Of a stretch of 64,000 nucleotides of DNA, positions 52,169-61,100 are shown in pieces (the first letter of the stretch is position 1; each line of letters starts with the position of its first letter). The stretch comes from Amoebophrya sp. A120 (taxonomy: Eukaryota > Protista > Dinoflagellata): contig CAJINV010000005.1 in the NCBI GenBank assembly GCA_905178155.1, forward strand, positions 2,358,054-2,422,053, given 5' to 3'. The translations under genes and the position numbers were made by a program. The notes beneath the pieces are model-generated. The model searched no databases. It was not told the origin of the DNA and was given only the letters and a program-made list of their open reading frames with translations.

Positions 52169-52903
52169 TCAGTAGGTGACCACGAGAGGTTTATTTTCAT
52201 CGTGGAGGTGAAGATGTTGGCCTGGATGGAGACGGGGAGAATGTTATGAAAATAGTATTGCAATTTAAGTACGGTCTTTTTGTTGAATCTAATCGTAACG
52301 CCTCTGTTCGTCCCCTCGCAACCAACGTATTAATATCAGTATGTTGATTTTCGTTAGGCTTAGGCTGCGTTAGCCAGGTACAGGTAGCAGAGAGTACTTC
52401 TTGCTTCAGGGTAAGCATGCAGGTTTTGGTAGAAGCTAAAAACACAACGTTAATTCCAAGAACCGTTTCAATGTCAAAGAGTTTGTTTCCAATGATAGCA
52501 CCAAAGATAATTGTGTAGTTTCCATGATTAGTACAAGAGCGCCGCTTCGTGGTCTCAGAGGAAATTTTGCAAGTTCACCATGAGAATAACCAGCGCCCAC
52601 ATATAATGATTTTTTACCTTGTTTCGAACAAATTCAAATATAGCATGTTTTGGAGAAGGAGGGTAACGTAGAGTACCTGACGACCTTCTCATTACTGACC
52701 TCGGAGAACAAGAATGCAGATGCACTTAAGAATAGCAGTGCTGTCTTGTTCCCTTCGGAGAGAATTTTTTATGCATGTGTGACAGGACCGGGGCTGGGGA
52801 TATATATTGATGCACGGGAGGATTATTCGAAAAGTAAACAGAGAACCAGCAAGTCGCTCGAGCCCAGTTGCGTCAATGAGTCGGAAAATAAACCCAAACA
52901 ACC

Positions 52904-54167
52904 ATGCCGACCTCGGAAGCCTCGACCAAGGTCCGTTCCCTTTTCTGCGTTGCAAATCACCGCGAAACTTGGCGCGGCCGGGCGGCCACCGCGATTTCCG
53001 ATGCGCTTTTCGACTACAGGTACGGCACAAAACCGGAATCCGACGCGGAATCGAAAGCTGCAGCGAAAGCCGCCCGCCAGGTCCTGCTGTCACGCGTGGG
53101 CGTGGGTCTGAACCCGTGCGAATTGTCTCTCCCGCCCATCGACTGGGTACTGCGGTCGTGTTATCAGCATGAAGAAAAAGTTGTATCCGGTGCTCCCTCG
53201 TAGAAATTTGAAATTCAGATTATCGCATGACAATCAAATCTTCATCTCAAAAAGAACCTTTATTCAGGCAGGGAACCAGATTTGCCATTCATGATTGCGA
53301 GTAGTACGAGGGAATCTACGACTACACTTCTGCAGAGTGCATATCAGTCTGCTTCCGCGTTCCGATCCGGAGCATGGGTATGTCGTGACGGACAATTGGG
53401 GGAAAAGCATTTTCCTGCTCTGCTGCCGGTATGGGCTGGTTGAGGAGGCGCGGAAAATTTGGAAAACGTTCGGAACAAACAAACAGGAACGTCCTGCAGT
53501 CAAAAATCCCACAAGAGCATCTTCTGCGCCAACAGGAGCTGATCGTGCATCGGAAGGTGCTGGAACAGACGAAGTTACTAGCCGCGATTCAGATGATGAT
53601 GAGGACCACGGGGTCGTCGACGAGCCCGTAGAAGTTCTGGCTCTTTCCTGTAACAGAACCGGTCTGCGAATGCTTCGCGAGTCCGTTTCTTACGACCGCA
53701 CACGGCGAAGGACGATGTTGTCTTGCCTGGAAATCCTCGCCATCGCGAAGTACAACACGAACGAGAGCGGTTGCGACTATGACACGAACGAGTTCTTGTC
53801 CCTACTCGTCAGAAGCCCCGCTATTCGAAAGCAGGTTTTGGTTCCCAGACTGCAGTACCAGATGCGGCAAAAAATCCCTACGTTCTTCCACTTTTGGACG
53901 CGGTACGAGTGCGACAACGCCGTGAAAGCCGCTTTGGTTCTGCTGGCCGAGCTCGAGAGAGCAGACGAGATCGGGGCCGGCAGTTCCTCCGCCTCGGCAG
54001 GAAAGAACCAGGAGAAGCTGCTGGACGCAAAAGTGTTCCGCGAGGCGTTGTACGAGTATGGATGTGGGCCGGCGATCACGAAAATTGATTCAGCGTTCGA
54101 GGATTTGCCGGAGCAGTTCGCGAAACGCGCCACGTGCTTAGATATGGTATTCTATTTGGAGATCTAG
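52904..54167 (+). CDS. Hypothetical protein with an ankyrin-repeat-like segment
   Basis: ORFs 52904-53203 and 53295-54167 are probably joined by an intron. TDNWGKSIFLLCCRYGLVEEARKIW resembles one ankyrin repeat. Confidence 0.4.
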
Positions 54168-55191
54168 TACTATTTTCGTTTCGCCCTGCAAAGATCGTGA
54201 GTATGTTTTCGTTTTTTTATTCTACACCCGAGATCGAGGAGAAGGAATCTAACACACGACAGGTCTCTTGGAGGATAAAGTTCAAAGAAGATTGCGGACT
54301 GCCGAGTCACGCCGGGAGTTTTATCGGCATGCGAGCACTTCAACGGGCCATGGAGGAAAAAAAGTGGGCGCTAGTGGACTAAACGTTTGCTGCAATGCTG
54401 GTGGCGACCATCTTGTTTTTTGGTCCCCATCCCCGCGCGGCTGCAAGAAAGAACCTCGAGTGGATGTGGCGACAGGACGTGTGTGTGTGATTTCCTGCAC
54501 CTGACGTACTAGAGGTAGAGTGCGAGGAGCGCTGTCAAAGTTTCAGACGGCTTACAGCTAGAAGACAACTAACAAGTGGAGGTGCTTACGTTTCGTACCG
54601 GAGAAAATTTTGGTTGCAGCTCTTTTTGCAGACAACGGGTTCTAATGCCCCATTTTCTGGGCTAGAAATGGTCTGAGGACTATTAGATTGAAAATGATGA
54701 AAACTTTGATAAATATACAAACCGTGAAGGTGAAAAAAAAATCTAAATCTTCACACTCATTGTTCAAAGTGGAGGTGACCCATTTTTGCTGCACTTCGGG
54801 AGGATGGAGAGCGGGGACATAATGTTCACCGAAATTATGTCTCTTGTCTTTTATGAAGGAGCGCCCGCTTTTTTTCGAGTGTGAGAAGAGGAGCGGAAGC
54901 AGGTCTTTAATTACGACGTGCATGGCGTATGATTTCATCCTCTACTTTTTACTACATCTGCGCTACGCCAGCCCGTTTAAATGCTCGTGGCTGGATGTAT
55001 GATCGCGATCTCCACCCAAAACCACGTAGACAAGCAAGGTGCCACATCAGACAGAACTAGAACTGACCGCAAACAGGCACAGAGAGTGTTGCACTTCTTC
55101 GAGGACGAGGGGCCAGCGGATGCTGAAATCGCATGTGAGGGCACGACGACTTCTACTTCTGCTACTGATATGATGGGTCGCTTGCAGCAGT

Positions 55192-58100
55192 ATGAAGGGA
55201 ATTTTTGCGGGAGCGCTCATCCTTAGGACTTCCGACTACTGCGGCCGCGCCACGCCAGCTGTGTCCTCGTCTTCCTCGTCGTCCACATCGAGATATAATG
55301 CAGCCTTGCAGGACGACCTGGACCTTCCCGTCCTCCTCGAGCAGGAGCGAAACCTGGATAGTGCCGGCACTCCAAAGTTGTCCAGGCAGTCAAGTACAAC
55401 TTCTAGCAGCTCCAGTTCGCGCAGCGGGTCTGCCAATCCTAGAAGCAGTGCCGCCGGTCGAGCAGGCAAGACAAAAGACCAACCACCACCTTATGGTGGG
55501 ACGAAGGGAGGGGGCTCAACATCGAGCTCCTCCGCGCCGGCGCGTCAAACTCCCGGTACCAAGAAGGGAGGCGGCGGAACAGCAGGAGGCGGAGCCAACG
55601 AAGATGAAGATCCTACCGCCCAGTATGAGCTGCAGGTACCGTGGGAGCGGGTGGTGGCCGACGGAGCAGATGGACAAGACCAGAACGGTTTTCTTGGCGA
55701 CACGGGACGAGAAGAAACCGCCACAGATGAAGCTGCGGGCGACCCACCTTTCGAGCAGAGGCTATTTGAAAAGGTTGTCAAGTCCTACCAGAAGGAGAAC
55801 ACTGCGAATATCATCAACCGGAGGTTTCAGCTGCACCAAGCAGAAGAGAAGGAGGGTGTTAGGGAAAAGCAAAACAACCTGTATCAAGAGTTTGTCTTCG
55901 ATAGACAGAAGGAGCGAAATATCCCGGCAAAGAGCGAAGAGGAGAAGTTACTCGGGTCATTACTACACACCAAGCGAAATAAAGATACTAGCGTTTGGCG
56001 AGGTCGTGCTGCCATGGAGGACCAGCGGCAGGAAAATACTAGGAACACCTTTTTATCTTCCGAGGACGACGCAGGAGTGGAGAACAAGGGTCGTGGGTCT
56101 TCAGGGTTATCCGCTAGAGGAGGTACAGACACCAGCGCTTTCCAATCCCCCTTTTCAACAACTTCCACAGGTGGACCATTCGCCACCGCCCTCTCCTCCA
56201 GATCTCGCTCTCAGCAAGACCCGAAGCAGGAACCCCCAGCCGATACTTCCACCGCGGGAATGCAGCCGGATCTGTACGACGCGACCAAGGCGGGCAAGGA
56301 CCAGCCGCTTGACTTTTCCCCGACCGGCGGCCTCGACCCGAATGTTAAAAAGCTCTTCTCGGATCCGCGGGCAAATACAGATAGCAGGTGGGACCCGGGA
56401 AACAACCGAGAAATGCTCCGGCCCAGCGACGCAACGTACAAGCCGCAGCGGGACGCTTTCGACTTACCGTGGAACGATACAACGAGCGGGGGAACATCTA
56501 TCCTGAGTAAAAACGTCCCCACACCAGAGTTGTCATGCAGATTTGCAATGACAGGAACATTTGTAATGCGCATCGCCAGGAGAGGCATTTTTAGTCGTTT
56601 TTTGGAATTTGTAATGCTGTAAACAGGATGAGCAGAAGCAGACGGATTTCTGATGCAGCTGGCCTTGCGAACCTGCACTACACTACGGACTGCAACTTGT
56701 GATGCGTGACCCCCAAAAGTTCTAGGTTTGTGTTGCAAAGTCCCCATCTTGACTCTGGTGTGGCGATGTTTTTACTCAGGATAGCATCAGCATCATCGTC
56801 AAGTCAGTGGCATGCGACGACCAACCAAGTGCCGGACAGCGAGATTTACTCTTGGCAGAAGTATCCGTTCAACTACTTCCCCGGGATGCCGGCGCCCGGT
56901 GGAATTACGGGAGAGCTGCAGGGAAAATACATGCTCAGCCCCCGGTACTTTCTCGACGACTGCATGACGCCAGACGAGCATTTGAGTAGTTTACTCGAGT
57001 GCGATATGGCAGTGCGGAAAATCGGGGTGAAAAGAAAAGTGGCCAGGACGGTATAAAGTGTTTCATTTTTTGGCTCTCTTTTTATGATCGCGTTGTAAAA
57101 CGAACATGTGAATCGACTTTGTAGATATCGTGTGTCGTATTTTGCATGTTGCAACGATTGTTAAACTCTTCAGGTCCGCGAAGATCGTTCTGACTACGCC
57201 TACGGCTGCTCGGTCCGGCCCCTCGACACCAACCGCGATTTTTGGGAATCCGTTTTTAACCTTCGCGGCATTACCGGTCTAGGCGCCCAGGACTTCGGTG
57301 GCGTCGGGATCTGCCGAACGAGGGACTTAGGTCGAGCCGAGCAGGCGAAGAGCAATTTTTTAGGGAATCTTCTACCAGCGACGACGGAGGTGCGTGGCTG
57401 GGTCAAAGTGGGGGGAAAAATCCTCCCGGAGGACTACAATTTGAAGAAACAGGGGTTCGAAAAAGCACTCGCCAAAGCGTTCAAATATCAAATGCAAAAG
57501 TGTCTGGGTCTGGATGGATGGAACTTGTGATGCGTCCTGTGGGTCACACAAAAATCTGTCTTGCGTGATCACCAAAAGTTGCCCAGTTTTGACCAACCTG
57601 AGCGGGAGTCTCTCATGCAGGATAGGCTTGATAATGACTTCGCAGAGTCTGCCATGCTAGCTCCTGCATTCCAGACCTCAGGGGGCATGGAAAATATGCA
57701 TGACAAGTTTGCACTCTTCCAGACCCAGACATTTTTTGCATTTGATATCAAAGTACCAAAAGCGAAGATTTCTGTGAACAACGTGTCGGTGCTATCCTGA
57801 GCAAAAACGTACCCACACCAGAGTTGTAATGCAAATCTGCATGCTGAAAATGTTTCTCATGCGGAGCTCCATGAGAAGCACTTTCTAGTCGTGTTTTGCA
57901 ACTTGTTATGCTCCAATCAGCATGGTATGCTAGATCTGTGATGCTGCTGAGCTAGCTCAAACAGAACTATACTACGAATCCAAATTTGTCATGCAAAACA
58001 GACAAAACTTGTGGATTTGTCTAGCCGATTCCCCATCTTGACTCTGGTGTGGGTACGTTTTTACTCAGGATAGGTGCTCGAGAACACCATCCCGGAAGAG

Positions 58101-61100
58101 GCCATCAACCGGATGCGACGGAAGGGGTCCGCTTGGGGCTTGACGCATTTGGGCTTGAAAACCCTGCGCGTGGACTTCCGCATCACCGACCCCGCCTGGA
58201 CGATAGACCCGAACGCCGCAGCGATTGTGCAGAAAATCGACGACAGAATCAACCGAGTCACCGCGCCGACCTTGACGAGATACCTGCAAAAGGTGTTCCA
58301 GGCGAGCTACGGCACCGCCTCCGATTCGGACCAGATGCCGAAAGCGCTGGTGCAGGCCTGGCACCACGTGCGGGTCGCGGGACAGCCACTGCAGGTGCCG
58401 CAGTGGCGCCCGCAGGCCTACGATGTGGTTTCTCTGTTGCAGGTGAACAGTGTGATCGAACCGGCGTCGGTATCCTGAATAAAAACGTACCCACACCAGA
58501 GTTGTAGTGCAGATTTGCAAAGACAGGAAGACTTGTAATGCGCATCCCCATGAGAGCCATTTCCAATCGTGTCTTCGAATTTGTGATGTTGTGAACAGGA
58601 TGAGCAGATGAATCTGTGACGCGGCTGCACTTGCTAACCAGCACTACACTGCGGAATGCAATTTGTCATGCGTGACTCCCAAAACTCCTAGGTTTGTGTT
58701 GCAAAATCCCCATCCTGACTCTGGTGTGGGGACGTTTTTACTCAGGATAGTCGGTGGTGGAGAAAGGTACTATGGGGAAGAAGAAGACGACAAATAAAAG
58801 CGAGTTGAAAGTAGAAGAGAAGAGGAGAGCGACGGTTGAAACGAAAAGTCAGACTGCTAGAAGTAGCAAGAAAAAGAAGGTAAAGATAAGAGCAAGTAGT
58901 GCTTCTCGTGGTGGTGGAAAGAAGTCAACATCCGCTGCAAAAAAGTCAGCACTTTTACCTTCAAAAACAAATGAAGTCGGTTTATTTTCACTAGATCAAG
59001 ACCCAGCAGCCGCGAAAGCGAGTGCAAAGCAGGTGAAAATCGAACTCCAACACGATCCTTTTGCGCCGGAGAATAAGCAGAGTGAGTGCTGTTTCCGCAT
59101 CGGTTACGGGGAGTTGATGACGCCGTGCTGTTTACAAGTCATTTCCTGTGCCGAGTACGACGAGCAGCTACTCACCCACGCGCCAACCCAGCTGATCGTG
59201 ATGGGAGGAAATTTGGGAAAGATAAAAGGAGCCTGCCCGGCCTCTGCGGCGGAAGGCAGAGATAGGATTCTGCAAACGGATGGTGGCGTGGTCAGCAACA
59301 AAGCGGCCGCTACGAGTTACGACGCTGCAACCGCGAAAGCCAAAGCCGTCAGTGCGACAGCGAAGTTGGTTTTCACTCATACGCACGGGAAAATGGAAGA
59401 GGAAGAAAGTGGAAGTGAAGAACCTGAAGAACCATCAACCCCATCAGCAGAAGAAGAAGATGAACAGGACCTCGAGTCAACAGGCGATGAAGATGAGCAA
59501 CAAGCGAACACATCCCCAACCTCGTTCGTGCAAGCAGCGTCTTTCAACACAGTCAAGTCCTCAGCGGGGGGACCACGACACAAGCCGATAATACCGTCAA
59601 CGCGAGGAAACAAGCTAAAGCAACACGAAAAATCCAAATCCAGATCTTCCGCTGCACCGGGGTCCTCGTACCACACGTCGTCGCACTTCGGCAAGACCTT
59701 CTACTCCGCAAGTGGTTCCATCATCGAAGAAGGACGGCTAGCTCAGGATCCAGAGCTGGGGCCGGGAGACGTGGAGGAGACTACAGATGGTGACGAGGAT
59801 GTTGACCCCGCGGCCGGTGCGTTGGCCGACGCCCTTGCCGTCGCCGGAACAAACGAGACTGCGAATTCTAGCGATACGAACTCCACCAATTATTCCAGCA
59901 ATGACACTTCTGCAGAAAATATCCTAGAACAAGTCGACGAAATACCGGAAGAACTTCGGAAACTCAATTACACGACTTCCCTCGAAACCCTCCTCTTCTG
60001 CCGGCCGGGGCAGTCCCCGAAGTACGAGAACGTCACGAACAACTTGATTTGCCGGGTCTGCCCCATTGGGTTCTACAGTCGATCTGGTACCGAATGCACC
60101 AAATGCCCCATAGACATGACCACCCAGGTGAAGGGAGCGCAGGACGTGAACGCGTGCGTGCCCTTGTGCAAACCGGGGTTCGGCATTGAGGGGAACAGTT
60201 GCCGGGAGTGCAGGGAGCGGGAATTCGTCGGGTTCAGCTCGAAAATGTGCGAACCCTGCCCAGCGGGGATGGAGCGGAAAAACAGTACCGGGGCAGCAGA
60301 AGAAGGAGCTACTCCCGCGCTCATCCTGAAACACCTCGGGCACCTCCACATCCAGCCCTCTTTCGAAGAAACGACGAAAGACCCTAAGTGGGCGAAGTTT
60401 TTCATCGCGAAAAGACAGCGAGACAGGAAAAAGTCCGATCAGGAAAAGTGTCTGGACATCAAGCAAACCCTCGCTACGATTGTTGACAACGTGAAGGAAG
60501 AGTGGCGGCAAAACTGCGTCCCCGCCTGCCCCCCGGGCCAGGGCTTCCAGGATCGAAGTTGCGAAGTGTGCAGAAAAGGCATGTACAGCGAGGAAACAAC
60601 AGGAGAGGACGGGGTTGTTGTTTCGAAGTGTAACTTTTGCCCAGATGAGATGACGACGAAAAGGCAGGGCTCCGTCGGGAAACTCGCTTGCGTCCCGGAC
60701 TGCGAGCCCGGGTACAGCTGGACGGGGACAAGTTGCGAACCTTGTGCTCGCGGTTCCTACAGCAGCGCGGAATTCTGGACGACTTTGCAGCCACCGAACA
60801 AAACCGCGGGCGCGATCGACTATTCCACTATGGGACCGTCTGAGCGATTATCTAATTTTTTTATTCAAAAAAGTCATTTTATGAATTTCAAATAGCAACT
60901 TTATTCTTGGCGAAACACCGCGAAACGGTGATCATTTCGGATCCGTCTGGAGAACGGAAAACGGAGCTGCTGATTGGAGTATCAAAATTAAATATCTAGA
61001 TGGAGTCCCGACTTGAACTAGCTACCTGGATGCCTGGGATTTGTACTGCAGAGCAATCGAAAAAGGCCTGCTTTTATTTGCAGCGTCTCTCTGCGGAGGT

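Noticed and set aside
57824-57836. Resemblance of ttgtaatgcaaat to the metazoan Sox-Oct composite site
   Set aside because: Probably coincidental. POU factors are animal proteins, and the AAAT extension is not kept in most copies.
617-58644. Recurrent short ORF peptides (SNVKMSGSGR, IKCKNVWVWK, FQTQTFLHLI, ILSKNVPTPEL, WVRFYSGY) as a protein family
   Set aside because: They are translations of the A and B TIRs in several frames and on both strands, not a conserved coding frame.
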